Positions 52,603 through 62,632 of a stretch of DNA of 64,000 nucleotides are shown here, piece by piece. The notes below the pieces were generated by a model. It did no database searches, was not told the origin of the DNA, and saw nothing but the letters and a program-made list of their open reading frames with translations. Source of the DNA: Thermodesulfobacteriota bacterium (GTDB lineage Bacteria > Desulfobacterota > Desulfobacteria > Desulfobacterales > C00003060). A program made the position numbers and the translations under genes. The DNA lies in contig JAXHVD010000006.1 in NCBI GenBank assembly GCA_034189385.1, forward strand, positions 64,001-128,000, written 5' to 3'. Position 1 is the stretch's first letter, and every line of letters begins with the position of its first letter.

Positions 52603-53441
52603 TGGGGAAAAGATCTTTCGCAGACCTCCTGGATGAACACATCAAAAGCGAGAAGACCGTGCTTCCGCCATTTAACAAGACCGCTCTGCGTGTCCGGCGA
52701 GAAGTGGTTAAGGAGGAGCCGGACACCCGAGTGATAGAGGAACTCATTTCCCGTGACCAGTCTCTTGCAAGTCAGGTATTGAGGACCGCCAATTCCGCCT
52801 TTTGCGGTGGTCTCGTGAAAGTGATCACCGTGCACGATGCTGTCGTTCGTCTGGGAGTAAAAGAGGTTTCCAATATCGTCATCCTGGTCACACAGCGGAA
52901 CCACTTTCGCTCCAAAGACCCCTTTGTCAATGAGATCATGGAAAGACTCTGGCAACATTCCGTGCAATGCGCGATAGGGGCTCAGTGGCTTGCCAGGTAT
53001 TGCGGCTTTCAGTCCCTTGCAGATCAAGCCTTCATTGCAGGTTTGCTCCACGACGTTGGAAAACTGTTCCTTCTCATGGTCATCGAAGATATTTGCAGCT
53101 CCGGAAAGATGACCTCGCGACCCTCCCATGCCATGGTAAATGAAATCATGAACAGCTTGCACGCAGAACAGGGGTATTTTCTTCTGAAGAATTGGAACCT
53201 TCCGGAGACCTATTGCGTTATCGCCCGCGACCACCACACAGAGGAATTTGACTCCAAGGACCACTTGCTGGCAGTCATCCGACTGGTGAATAAGGCCTGC
53301 CACAAAATGGGCATTGGCTTGAAGACAGACACAGACATTGTCCTGGCGGCAAGTCCCGAAGCCGAGTTGCTGAACCTGTCTGAGGTCTCCCTGGCAGAGC
53401 TGGAGATCACGTTGGAAGACTCCCTGGCCCTGGCACCCTGA
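52599..53441 (+). CDS. HDOD domain protein
   Basis: LPP, D..LA..VLR.ANS, AVVRLG and AGLLHDVGK motifs; overlaps the ATPase stop. Confidence 0.9.
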   Translation: MMGKRSFADLLDEHIKSEKTVLPPFNKTALRVRREVVKEEPDTRVIEELISRDQSLASQVLRTANSAFCGGLVKVITVHDAVVRLGVKEVSNIVILVTQRNHFRSKDPFVNEIMERLWQHSVQCAIGAQWLARYCGFQSLADQAFIAGLLHDVGKLFLLMVIEDICSSGKMTSRPSHAMVNEIMNSLHAEQGYFLLKNWNLPETYCVIARDHHTEEFDSKDHLLAVIRLVNKACHKMGIGLKTDTDIVLAASPEAELLNLSEVSLAELEITLEDSLALAP

Positions 53442-53711
53442 AGGCGAGATCCTGAAAAACCCCAAGACACCTCATGGCGTGATGGCCTTTTCCTTGACAC
53501 AGGTTGATTTGTCCCTGTATTTGTGAATATAGGGGTATGTGTGTCCCGCTACGGATCCCACGCTGCATGTTGGCAGCAATGCCTCTTGTGAGTGCTAGGC
53601 AATAGACCCTCTGAAAGCCCCTGGGCTTTCCGACAACCGCCGTACGGACAAAAGGGTTACCCGTGGGGTTCAAAGGAGCCGTCCAAGTTCGCCCCGGAAG
53701 AGAGGAATTTG

Positions 53712-54395
53712 ATGGAAACAAAAATACTGATCGTTGATGACGACGTACATATCCGCAGCCTCCTTGCAAGCTTTATGGAGAAAAAGGGATACCACTTTGA
53801 CCTAGCCGAGAACGTGAACAGTGCCCTGGAATTCATGGAGAAAAACGAATATGATATTGTCTTAACGGACAAGAATATGCCTGATCAAGAGGGTAACCTT
53901 GAGGGAGGCATGACAGTATTGAGGTATGCTAAAGACCATGCGCCGGCCACGGAAGTGATCATGATTACAGGGTACGCCACCATAGAAACGGCTGTTGAAG
54001 CCATGAAACTCGGTGCCTTTGACTATGTCATGAAGCCCATTTCGCTCAATGAATTGGAAGAGAAAATCGAAAGAGTGTTGGAATATAGACGGTTCGTTAA
54101 TTCGGAAGATACGATCAAGACTTACAGAACCCTGCACAATCAATTGCTGAAGGTCCTAGAAAACAGAGAGGATCTTCCAGAGGATCGACTTCGCCAAATT
54201 ATAAAGACCCTGGGGGCAAGGATCGACAATGTGTTCGGTATGCAAAAGGATTATGAAACGATCATCCAGTCACAGGCCGATGCCTTAGAGCGAATTGAAG
54301 GGTACATAGCGGGCCTGGAGGAGACCATCCCCAAGGACAGTCCCTATTATGCCTTGATTGACAAAATTCGGGGGGAGTGCAAAAAACGAATATAA
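53712..54395 (+). CDS. Response regulator (REC plus helical C-terminus)
   Basis: ILIVDDD, LTDKNMP, ITGY and GAFDYVMKP motifs. Confidence 0.88.
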   Translation: METKILIVDDDVHIRSLLASFMEKKGYHFDLAENVNSALEFMEKNEYDIVLTDKNMPDQEGNLEGGMTVLRYAKDHAPATEVIMITGYATIETAVEAMKLGAFDYVMKPISLNELEEKIERVLEYRRFVNSEDTIKTYRTLHNQLLKVLENREDLPEDRLRQIIKTLGARIDNVFGMQKDYETIIQSQADALERIEGYIAGLEETIPKDSPYYALIDKIRGECKKRI

Positions 54396-54888
54396 ACGAC
54401 GCCACATATTGTGAGGCCCTTTTTCTTGACACATCACCCGTTCTTTCCTATACTCCTTTATCGTAATAAGCGAATCCTCTTCAGTTGTTCCCCCTGAACT
54501 TTCCTCACCAAAAGGCGAGTCCTTGTCAATCAGCGACATGGCACCATTTGGTCCCGAGGTGGAGACGTTGGCTATTCCCGTGACTGTGGGGCATGTTGTC
54601 CCCAAGTCGAATATATCAAGAATGTCGTATCACTGAAAGACATGGTTCAAACACCGGGTTGGCCCCTATGATCAAGAGGAGGCCTTCAAGGCAGGGGCCT
54701 TGAAACGTTTGGATTTCCGTCTTGTGTGATACAGGGTTGCATCTCAGGATTCGAGAAAGCAATGGGCCACACAAGGTTTCTCGTCCGTCTTTTTGACAAA
54801 ACGGTTTAAGCCAAAGCGCCTTTGCGCGTTTTTTCAAACAACTTGGCGTTGCTCTTGGCCAGGCGTGTCCTTGGGCGGAAAATAGCCC

Positions 54889-57198
54889 ATGGAGGTATCC
54901 GTGCCTCACGTTCCAAAGATTCTGGTTGTTGATGATGAGCCCCGTATCTGCGACAGCCTCAAAATAATATTGGGCCATGGCGGCTACGAGATACTGACCA
55001 GCTGCAGTGGCAAAGAGGCCTTGGCTTGTATGGCCCAACACCACATTGATCTTGTCATCTTGGACATGGTCATGCCTGAGACAGACGGCTGGGCGGTGCT
55101 GGACAGCATGGCTGGCCAGGAGGTACACACAAAGGTCATTGCCATGAGCGGCAATGCCTCCGTAGAGTCTGCAGTGGCAGTACTAAAGAGCGGCGCTTGT
55201 GATTATCTCAAGAAGCCCTTTGGGCATGACGAGCTCCTAGGACGGGTTCGAAGTGCCCTATCAAAGGACAGTGAAGAAAAAAGGAAGACTATCAGTCAAC
55301 ACCTGGAGCGGTCAGAGAGGCGATATCGATTCCTAGTCCAGGCTTCTCCTGACATCATCTATACACTCGACCGGGAAGGGCGGTTCACCTTTGTCAATGA
55401 TGCTGTTCATCACTTGCTTGGTTTCACCCGACAGGAGTTGATAGGCTCACCCTATACGACTGTTATCTATGAGAAAGATTTGAACAGGGCCAACTACCTT
55501 TTCAATGAAAGACGAACGGGAGACCGTGCGGCAGCAGGGGTGGAACTGCGATTGAGGATCGCTCAAAACGACAATGGGACTGAGCAACATGAGACCAGCT
55601 TTCTTCCCATAGAACTCAAAGCCACGGGCGTCTACGAATCACTGCGCCCTCAGGGTAGCCAGAAGAGATATTTGGGGACCTACGGTGTTGCCAGAGATAC
55701 AAGCAATCGAAAACGGGCAGAGGAGGCATTGCAGAGAAGCGAGGAACGTTATCGGGCATTATTCGAAAATAGCCCTATCGACACAGTCATCGTGGACCAT
55801 GAGGCAAGAGTGACAGATTTCAATCTTGCAAAGAGACGGTCAAGCGATAGGCTGCCCAAGGTTGGAGATGTGATGTACAAAGACTATGCCGGCAAGCACG
55901 GGACTGGCATGCTGGGTAAATTGAGAGAGTGCATGAGGACAGGGCTGCCTGAGGAGTTCCCGGAGCAAAGGTACGGTGATAGGTTCCTGCACATAAGGAT
56001 GTCTCCCTTCTCCGAGGGCGCCATCATCACATCCATAGACATCACGGCCCAGAAGAGGATCGAAGCGCAGTTCCAACAAGCTCAGAAGATCGAGGCCATT
56101 GGAACACTGGCTGGTGGCATTGCCCATGATTTTAATAACCTGCTTATGGCAGTGTTGGGAAATACCTCCTTGATACTCCACGACGTGGGTCCCGATCATC
56201 CCCACTATGAACGGCTAAAAAACATTGAAGAACACGTCAGAAGCGGAGCTGCACTCACCAGGCAGCTTCTCGGATATGCTAGGCAGAGACAGTATGAACT
56301 CCAGCGTATTGACTTAAATGCCTTGGTCAAAGAGACTGCCTATGCCTTTGGGAGAACAAGAAAGGACACTGTGCTTTACCAGGAATTGGCAGAAGGCCTG
56401 TATGAAATAGACGGTGACAAAGGCCAAATGGAGCAGGTTCTGTTGAATCTATACGTAAACGCCGCAGAGGCCATGCCTGGGGGCGGGAGCCTCTTTTTGA
56501 AAACCGTGAACCGATCCCGTGAAGAGGTCAGGGGCAAGCTCCATGATCCCCAACCTGGCAACTATGTCTTGTTGACAGTTACCGATACGGGTATTGGGAT
56601 GGATCGAGAAACTCGAGAGCGCGTATTTGATCCATTTTTTACCACAAAGGAACTGGGCCGAGGCACGGGGCTTGGGCTTGCTTCAGCCTATAGTGTCGTC
56701 AAGAGCCATGGTGGACACATTGAGGTGGCCTCAAAGAAGGGCAAGGGGACCACTTTCAGCATATATCTTCCTGCGACAAAAAAAAGGGAGGAGACCGCCA
56801 TCGCGGCATCTGAACAAAGTGCGATCAAGGGCAGAACCATCCTGTTGGTAGATGACGAAAAGATGATTCTGGATATAGGGGGTAAGGTGCTAAACCGCTC
56901 AGGTTACCATGTCCTGAAAGCGGCAGGGGGCAAAGAGGCGTTGCAGGTCTATAAAAGGCACAAAGATAAGATTGATCTGGTGATTCTGGATATGAGAATG
57001 CCTGACATGGGCGGCAGTGAGGTCTATAACCAAATCAAGGAGATAGACCCTGGCGTGAAAGTTCTCCTTGCCAGCGGTTACAGCATAGATAGCCAGGTGA
57101 GAGGACTTTTGGACCGTGGTTGTAACGGTTTTATTGAAAAGCCCTATAGAAGAGAAGAATTGACTGAGACCATAACGGAAATTTTGGACAAGCCATAG
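54889..57198 (+). CDS. Hybrid sensor kinase REC-PAS-PAS-HisKA-HATPase-REC (CckA-like)
   Basis: AGGIAHDFNN H-box, FDPFFTTK, GTGLGL; two REC and two PAS domains. Confidence 0.93.
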   Translation: MEVSVPHVPKILVVDDEPRICDSLKIILGHGGYEILTSCSGKEALACMAQHHIDLVILDMVMPETDGWAVLDSMAGQEVHTKVIAMSGNASVESAVAVLKSGACDYLKKPFGHDELLGRVRSALSKDSEEKRKTISQHLERSERRYRFLVQASPDIIYTLDREGRFTFVNDAVHHLLGFTRQELIGSPYTTVIYEKDLNRANYLFNERRTGDRAAAGVELRLRIAQNDNGTEQHETSFLPIELKATGVYESLRPQGSQKRYLGTYGVARDTSNRKRAEEALQRSEERYRALFENSPIDTVIVDHEARVTDFNLAKRRSSDRLPKVGDVMYKDYAGKHGTGMLGKLRECMRTGLPEEFPEQRYGDRFLHIRMSPFSEGAIITSIDITAQKRIEAQFQQAQKIEAIGTLAGGIAHDFNNLLMAVLGNTSLILHDVGPDHPHYERLKNIEEHVRSGAALTRQLLGYARQRQYELQRIDLNALVKETAYAFGRTRKDTVLYQELAEGLYEIDGDKGQMEQVLLNLYVNAAEAMPGGGSLFLKTVNRSREEVRGKLHDPQPGNYVLLTVTDTGIGMDRETRERVFDPFFTTKELGRGTGLGLASAYSVVKSHGGHIEVASKKGKGTTFSIYLPATKKREETAIAASEQSAIKGRTILLVDDEKMILDIGGKVLNRSGYHVLKAAGGKEALQVYKRHKDKIDLVILDMRMPDMGGSEVYNQIKEIDPGVKVLLASGYSIDSQVRGLLDRGCNGFIEKPYRREELTETITEILDKP

Positions 57199-57252
57199 GG
57201 CTTTTGCCTCTGCTTGGGCCGGCCACTTTCGCGTAAAGAAAAGAAAGGACAG

Positions 57253-58614
57253 CTAAGGATTCTTACTTGTACCAAGGGTCTGGAGGACGGTCTCGATCAC
57301 TTCAGATGCCTCAGGGCTTTTTACCACGACTGCATCCGCACCGGCTTCCAGGGCGCGCTTTCGCGTTTCAGCCCGATGGTCGGCAGTAAATAGGACCAGT
57401 TTCGTATCCTTGCAGGTATCTACTGCACGCACTCGCCGACACACCTCTATGCCAGTTAGAGTGGGCAGCGTGAAATCGATCACTGCTGCCACTGGTTTTT
57501 CCCGAATGATCAGATCCAGCCCGTCTCCTCCATTGGTTGCGGTCATTGGATGAAATCCGACCTTCTGAAAAAGACGGGCATAGAGTCTCAATATTACCGG
57601 ATTGTCGTCCACGATGACCAGCTTATTAGGTTCCAGTGGCGTCAGGGTGGGGCGGCTCTCGTCATCCTCCTCATAGTCAATCACCAAGAGCATGTCAGCC
57701 CCTTCCAGGACGGTCTCTCGGTCCGGGAAGATAAAATCTCGGCCGTTCTTGCGAAGCCCCATGATCTCCCGGCCCATCACCATGGAAACGGAGCGTATCG
57801 TTTCGCCCAACATGCTGGACCCCTCTTGGACACTTACCCATTGGGGGACTGCCTTGTGGCGGCGAGTCTCGTGCAATGTCGCCCGCTTCCGCGTAGCCGA
57901 AAGCACTTGCTCCGCGATCTGTTTGCCTGCAGTGGCAAAAGGTGAAATGACGTTATTCGCTCCACCGCGCAGTATCTTTTTCTCCGATGATGGATTCTCC
58001 GCCCGTGCGATGATGTGCAGCATAGGATTTAGATCCCGGGCAGTGAGGGCAGTAAAAAGATTGTCAGGGTCTGAATTGAGGAGGGCAAGAAGACCAGCGG
58101 CAGATTTTATTCCAGCCCCTAGCAATGTGGCTTCCCTCGTAGCGTCTCCTTCAACAATGAGATAGCCCTTCTCTCGAATCTTATGGGTCTGTGCTGCATT
58201 AGCCTCGATGATGACAAAATCAGCGCCTGTTTCTCTGAAATACTCCGCAGCGGCCATCCCAACCCTTCCATAGCCACAAACAACATAGTGGGACTTCAGG
58301 CCAGAGATCTTCTTTCTCATTTTCCTTATCCCCGATTTACCACTCCAGACCTTTTCAAGGAGCGATTCAACTATGGCATGTCCAACAAATGCAAGGCCTC
58401 CAACGCCAACAAGGATAAGCACGGTGGTGAATCCCCGCCCTATCTCCGATAGCGGTTTTACTTCCCCGAAGCCTACGGTCGTGATGGTAATGACGGACAT
58501 GTAGAGGGCTTCAAAGAATGTGTAATCCTCAATGAGGATATAGCCTGAGGTCCCAATGGCAATAATACTCAGGCACAGCGTCAAAGCCATCGTGATGCGT
58601 CGACGCGAAGACAT
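57253..58614 (-). CDS. 2-TM potassium channel with RCK (TrkA-N/C) and C-terminal receiver domain
   Basis: Selectivity filter TTVGFGE, RCK GYGRVG and GDAT, then REC VIVDDN...VIDFTLP...LFTA...VVK. Confidence 0.9.
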   Translation of the reverse strand: MSSRRRITMALTLCLSIIAIGTSGYILIEDYTFFEALYMSVITITTVGFGEVKPLSEIGRGFTTVLILVGVGGLAFVGHAIVESLLEKVWSGKSGIRKMRKKISGLKSHYVVCGYGRVGMAAAEYFRETGADFVIIEANAAQTHKIREKGYLIVEGDATREATLLGAGIKSAAGLLALLNSDPDNLFTALTARDLNPMLHIIARAENPSSEKKILRGGANNVISPFATAGKQIAEQVLSATRKRATLHETRRHKAVPQWVSVQEGSSMLGETIRSVSMVMGREIMGLRKNGRDFIFPDRETVLEGADMLLVIDYEEDDESRPTLTPLEPNKLVIVDDNPVILRLYARLFQKVGFHPMTATNGGDGLDLIIREKPVAAVIDFTLPTLTGIEVCRRVRAVDTCKDTKLVLFTADHRAETRKRALEAGADAVVVKSPEASEVIETVLQTLGTSKNP

Positions 58615-58768
58615 GACAAGGGCTTTCTACCTTCGTTGACAAAAACAAGACGGATTTTTTCCAGACCGTTGCCTCCATCCTCTTTCTCTCGGCGAAAGCC
58701 ACTTCGCAATTCTGCAAGAGGCGGAATCAAGGCCTGATCCAGGCCATTCCAACAAGCCACGGTAAGCT

Positions 58769-58784
58769 GCAATTTCTGTGCCCC
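58769..58784 (-). promoter_or_regulatory. sigma54 promoter of the K+ channel gene
   Basis: Minus strand GGGGCACAGAAATTGC (GG-N10-GC, CAC and TTGC conserved). Confidence 0.55.
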
Positions 58785-59128
58785 AGGGTCATTGGAGATA
58801 GCAGACAAGCCCACGGAGCTATTTCACCGTTTCCTCAGCAAGATGTCGGCCCCAGTATATGGGGACTGTAGCTTCTATGAACCCGTAGGGCAGATCCCTA
58901 GTTCTTTTGGGCCACTGCTGCGCTGTTTCAGGCGGTTTCCTTATAAAAGCCACGTCACAACTCCCACCCTCAGTGTCAAACAATTGGCACAAAATCATCG
59001 TGCACCCGTTGGATAATTCTTTCAGGACTTGCCTGGATTTAGTCACCGGCTCGTTTCATGTTCCGTATTCTACGAGAAGTACAGACATTATTCTGCCTCT
59101 TACCTACAAGGCAACTGGCCTGTTTTGT

Positions 59129-59145
59129 CTGGCACAATTCTGGCA
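59129..59145 (+). promoter_or_regulatory. Possible sigma54 promoter of the HTH gene
   Basis: CTGGCACAATTCTGGCA gives GG-N10-GC. Confidence 0.5.
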
Positions 59146-59196
59146 GGAAACTAGGAAAAGAAGAGAAAGGGATAAGCGTTTACGAGGAATGAATCC

Positions 59197-59415
59197 ATGA
59201 ACACAAGACAGAGGCTTAGGAAGTTTGTATCCACTGGGGAGATCGCGGAAATGTTGGAGGTCAGCCCACGAACTATTAGAAACTGGATCAACAAAGGTGA
59301 CATCAAGGCATACAAGATTGGCCAGAATCTGAAGATCCCCGCGGCAGAAGTCGTTCAGATGCTTCAGCGCTATGATCAACCCATCCCCGAGTGGCTGAAA
59401 GGTGGGGATGCGTAA
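59197..59415 (+). CDS. Small excisionase/MerR-like HTH protein (BldC-like)
   Basis: STGEIAEMLEVSPRTIRNWINKGDIKAYKIG..KIP. Confidence 0.85.
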   Translation: MNTRQRLRKFVSTGEIAEMLEVSPRTIRNWINKGDIKAYKIGQNLKIPAAEVVQMLQRYDQPIPEWLKGGDA

Positions 59416-59629
59416 CCTCCAACTCATGCCACATGGAAAAGCTAACACGGTTTTTCTGCTCATCGGCGAAGTCGGCATATCCACTTTCTAGGCGGTGGTC
59501 CCCATTGCCGACAAAGCAGAGGTCTCCTTCCTGGCTTGCCGATGCAAAGGGCTCGAAGATCGATACAGATGACCTTGGCGAAAAGTACCGGGCTGGTCAC
59601 TCGATGATCGTGCTCTCTTTCAAGTAGAT

Positions 59630-60172
59630 TCTGGCTCGTGGCATAGTCACTCTGGCCCTTGCAGCGGGTGTCCATATCTTAGGTTCTATAACCAAGCCTA
59701 TCAGGGATCAAAAACGGGGTGAGTAAAGGGGTTGATTCCGGAACCCCTGCATCGGGGCAGGTGCCATCTTCCGGCCAAGATGTGGCTAGGGGGGCATCTT
59801 CATAGGCGCATCTTCATAGGCGCATCTTCATAGGCGGCATATCTGGAGGAGATGTCCTCTATGACTAGGCACAACGCTGACAAGGCTCATCAGGTCGACA
59901 AATCAATGGATCACCATGGGTGACATATCCAAGGCAAGGGAGGAGGCTTCTAAGATCATCAAGACTATCGATAAGAGCCTCTCAGACGAATCTTTTGGCC
60001 CTCAACGCTGCCATTGAGGCAGCCAGGGCAAGAGAGGCCGGCAGGAAGACCGGTAGGTGCGCAAAGAGGGCCCAGCGAAAAGGACCGAGGCCTATGACAT
60101 CATGGCCAGCATGTAGGGAATGGAAATCCTAATCAGGCCGTTCCCAGGTAATGATGGTTTCAAGGATTTCCG
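59630..60172 (+). pseudogene. Decayed methyl-accepting chemotaxis protein gene
   Basis: Fragments [16 protein letters not shown] and [16 protein letters not shown], plus a tail like ..DGFKDF, collinear with the intact MCP but frameshifted and deleted; boundaries approximate. Confidence 0.8.
59794..59835. repeat. 14-bp tandem repeat x3
   Basis: GCATCTTCATAGGC x3, perfect copies. Confidence 0.95.
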
Positions 60173-60194
60173 ATGAAGAGGAGGAACAAGACAA

Positions 60195-60707
60195 ATGGCA
60201 GAATCGGCAAAAGCAATGGACCAAACAGGAGAGGCAATGGCAGAGAGGGAGGGAAAGTATCTTACTTTTTCTTTGGACAACGAGGAATACGGGATAGGCA
60301 TCCTAAAGATCAAGGAAATCATCGGGATGATGCCCATCACCACCGTTCCCCATACACCGGACTATGTAAAAGGCGTGATCAACCTACGGGGCAAGGTGAT
60401 CCCAGTGGTAGACCTGCGGCTTAGGTTTGGCATAGAGCCCGCCAACTACACGGATAGAACCTGCATCATTGTGGTTGAGATCTTAAGTCAATCCGGTACC
60501 GTCCTGATGGGAATCGTGGTGGATTCGGTTTCGGAGGTATTGAATATGAAGGCGGGAGAGATTGAGGAAACCCCCACGTTTGGAATCAAGCTGGATACTG
60601 AATACATCCTCGGGATGGCCAAGATGGAAGGCGGCGTGAAGATTCTGCTCGATATTGATCGAGTCCTTAACGCGGAAGAGATAGCGGCCATGGGAAAGGC
60701 GGCATAA
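60195..60707 (+). CDS. cheW: Chemotaxis protein CheW
   Basis: YLTFSL..EEYG, GVINLRG.VIPV.DLR and GIVVDSVSEV motifs. Confidence 0.95.
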   Translation: MAESAKAMDQTGEAMAEREGKYLTFSLDNEEYGIGILKIKEIIGMMPITTVPHTPDYVKGVINLRGKVIPVVDLRLRFGIEPANYTDRTCIIVVEILSQSGTVLMGIVVDSVSEVLNMKAGEIEETPTFGIKLDTEYILGMAKMEGGVKILLDIDRVLNAEEIAAMGKAA

Positions 60708-60790
60708 CAATGACGGCATTGTCCCGTTCCGCACCTGCCTCAGATGAGAAAAAAGGACGGCAACATGACTGACATCAAGGAGACTAAAGC

Positions 60791-61963
60791 ATGTATAAGG
60801 ATTTGAGTGTAGACAAGAAGATTACATTGGGATTCGGCTTTCTTATTCTGTTGGCTGCTGGAAGCGGGGGAATATGTGCGTGGAAAATCTGGTCAGCGGA
60901 CATGGCCCTTGGCACCCTCATGGGGACCATGAGTGTAATCATCCTGGTCTTTGGTTCGTTACTGGCATTCTACATTGTGCGCAGTGCCACCAAACCCATG
61001 AGCCTGATCATTGAAGGTTTGAATGAAGCGGCAGACCTGGTAGCATCTGCCTCTGGACAGGTATCCTTAGCCAGTCAAGAGTTGGCTAAAGGGGCATCCT
61101 CCCAGGCCGCATCTCTTGAAGAGACGTCTTCGTCTCTTGAGGAGATGTCGTCCATGACGAAGCAGAATGCCGACAACGCAAACCAGGCAGATGGTTTGAT
61201 GAAAGAGGCCAATAAGGTAGTGGAGCAAGCAGATGCTTCCATGGACAAACTCATCGTATCTATGGGGGAGATCTCCAAGGCAAGTGAAGAGACCTCCAAG
61301 ATTATCAAAACCATTGACGAGATAGCCTTTCAGACCAATCTGTTGGCCTTAAACGCTGCTGTGGAGGCTGCCAGGGCCGCCGAGGCCGGTGCCGGGTTTG
61401 CGGTCGTCGCCGATGAGGTTCGGAACTTGGCCATGCGCGCGGCCACGGCAGCCAAAGATACGTCAGAACTGATTGTGGACACGGGAAAAAAGGTGGCTGC
61501 TGGATCAGAGCTCATGACCAGCACCAATGATGCCTTCCAAGACGTGGCCCGAAGCGCTGCCAAGGTAGGGGAGTTGGTTGCAGAGATTGCTGCCGCCTCC
61601 CAAGAGCAGGCGCAGGGAATTGAGCAGGTAAACAAGGCCGTGGCCGACATGGACCGAGTGGTTCAACAAAATGCCACCAATGCAGAGGAGTCTGCTTCTG
61701 CCTCTAAGGAGATGAACACTCAAACCGAAGAGATCAAGGCAGGCATAGGACACTTGGTATCTATCGTTGGCAGTGGGGCTACCAATGAAGCAAAGGGTGA
61801 ACCGCCACCTGGCCTGGAGGGCGGTACTGGACAGGAAAAGACTTTAGCAGCCGATTCTGTGAAAGAGGTGGAAGCGACACAGGGACTTGCCCTTGGAGGT
61901 GAAGAAGACACTCCTGAAGAGGTCATCCCCCTAGATGATGATGACAGTTTCAAAGATTTCTAG
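60791..61963 (+). CDS. Methyl-accepting chemotaxis protein with almost no periplasmic domain
   Basis: Two TM helices with a short loop; [19 protein letters not shown]...[11 protein letters not shown]-terminal SFKDF pentapeptide-like tail. Confidence 0.93.
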   Translation: MYKDLSVDKKITLGFGFLILLAAGSGGICAWKIWSADMALGTLMGTMSVIILVFGSLLAFYIVRSATKPMSLIIEGLNEAADLVASASGQVSLASQELAKGASSQAASLEETSSSLEEMSSMTKQNADNANQADGLMKEANKVVEQADASMDKLIVSMGEISKASEETSKIIKTIDEIAFQTNLLALNAAVEAARAAEAGAGFAVVADEVRNLAMRAATAAKDTSELIVDTGKKVAAGSELMTSTNDAFQDVARSAAKVGELVAEIAAASQEQAQGIEQVNKAVADMDRVVQQNATNAEESASASKEMNTQTEEIKAGIGHLVSIVGSGATNEAKGEPPPGLEGGTGQEKTLAADSVKEVEATQGLALGGEEDTPEEVIPLDDDDSFKDF

Positions 61964-62124
61964 TGGATCACCTGCGCCGACACCGTGGATCAATTCTTGC
62001 CTTCCGGTAAAGAGAGTGGAGATAAAGGGAATGTGGGTTCAGGGAAAAGCCTTGGTCACGTTAAGGTCTCAACTGAAAAAAGGTAGGAGAGGTGATTCCT
62101 CATGTGGGGCTAAATGCCCCCCGG

Positions 62125-62565
62125 CTAGTGAATGGTGATTTTCCCCTGAGCTGTTCTCCTCGCCAACTCCAAGGTCCCTTTCATGATGTCCTTCGTCTTT
62201 TCAGCGGTTTTTCTCAATCGCCTGAGATTTGTCTCAAAATTCTCAAGGGCCTCTTGGGCAGCCTTCATGTGGCCCCTTCTTTCAGTCCGCATGCTATCTA
62301 TTTTGAGGAAGTCCTTATAGGCATCAAGAATCTTCCTGTTCATGGGCGAGAGCTCGCCTATTTCCATCTCCAGCACATAATAATTCGATCTGTGATGGCT
62401 CACAAATCTGCAACCAGTAATCGTTCCGGTGAGCGAAAAAGACCTCAGGAGGATGCCTTCAGGTAATCTTACTTCAAGCTCTGTCTTCGTTCCCACTTTA
62501 CTCGGTGCATCCGCATAAAAGGTCACTGTTCCCTCTGTGAATTCGATCAATTCGTCCATCATCAT
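62125..62565 (-). CDS. PilZ-like beta-barrel plus coiled-coil protein
   Basis: Pattern P..VG...EL...LP......F...G.I.......Y...MEI..LS.....IL; lacks RxxxR. Confidence 0.5.
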   Translation of the reverse strand: MMMDELIEFTEGTVTFYADAPSKVGTKTELEVRLPEGILLRSFSLTGTITGCRFVSHHRSNYYVLEMEIGELSPMNRKILDAYKDFLKIDSMRTERRGHMKAAQEALENFETNLRRLRKTAEKTKDIMKGTLELARRTAQGKITIH

Positions 62566-62615
62566 GTGACTCTCAACCCTTTCTCCGGAATGGACCCACC
62601 GGTGCCATAGTTGTT

Positions 62616-62632
62616 TGCAACCACAATGCCAG
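62616..62632 (-). promoter_or_regulatory. sigma54 promoter
   Basis: Minus strand CTGGCATTGTGGTTGCA, about 50 nt upstream of the PilZ-like gene. Confidence 0.75.

Noticed and set aside
52431..53465. 344-aa antisense ORF over the HDOD gene
   Set aside because: Antisense shadow with no domain signal
54843..54860. TTGGCGTTGCTCTTGGC as a sigma54 promoter
   Set aside because: GG-to-GC spacing is 11, not the required 10
59197..59415. Prophage or ICE excisionase marking a mobile element
   Set aside because: No integrase, att sites or phage genes in the vicinity
59794..59835. Short direct repeats as a CRISPR array
   Set aside because: No spacers, 14-bp unit and no cas genes; no CRISPR array was seen anywhere in the window
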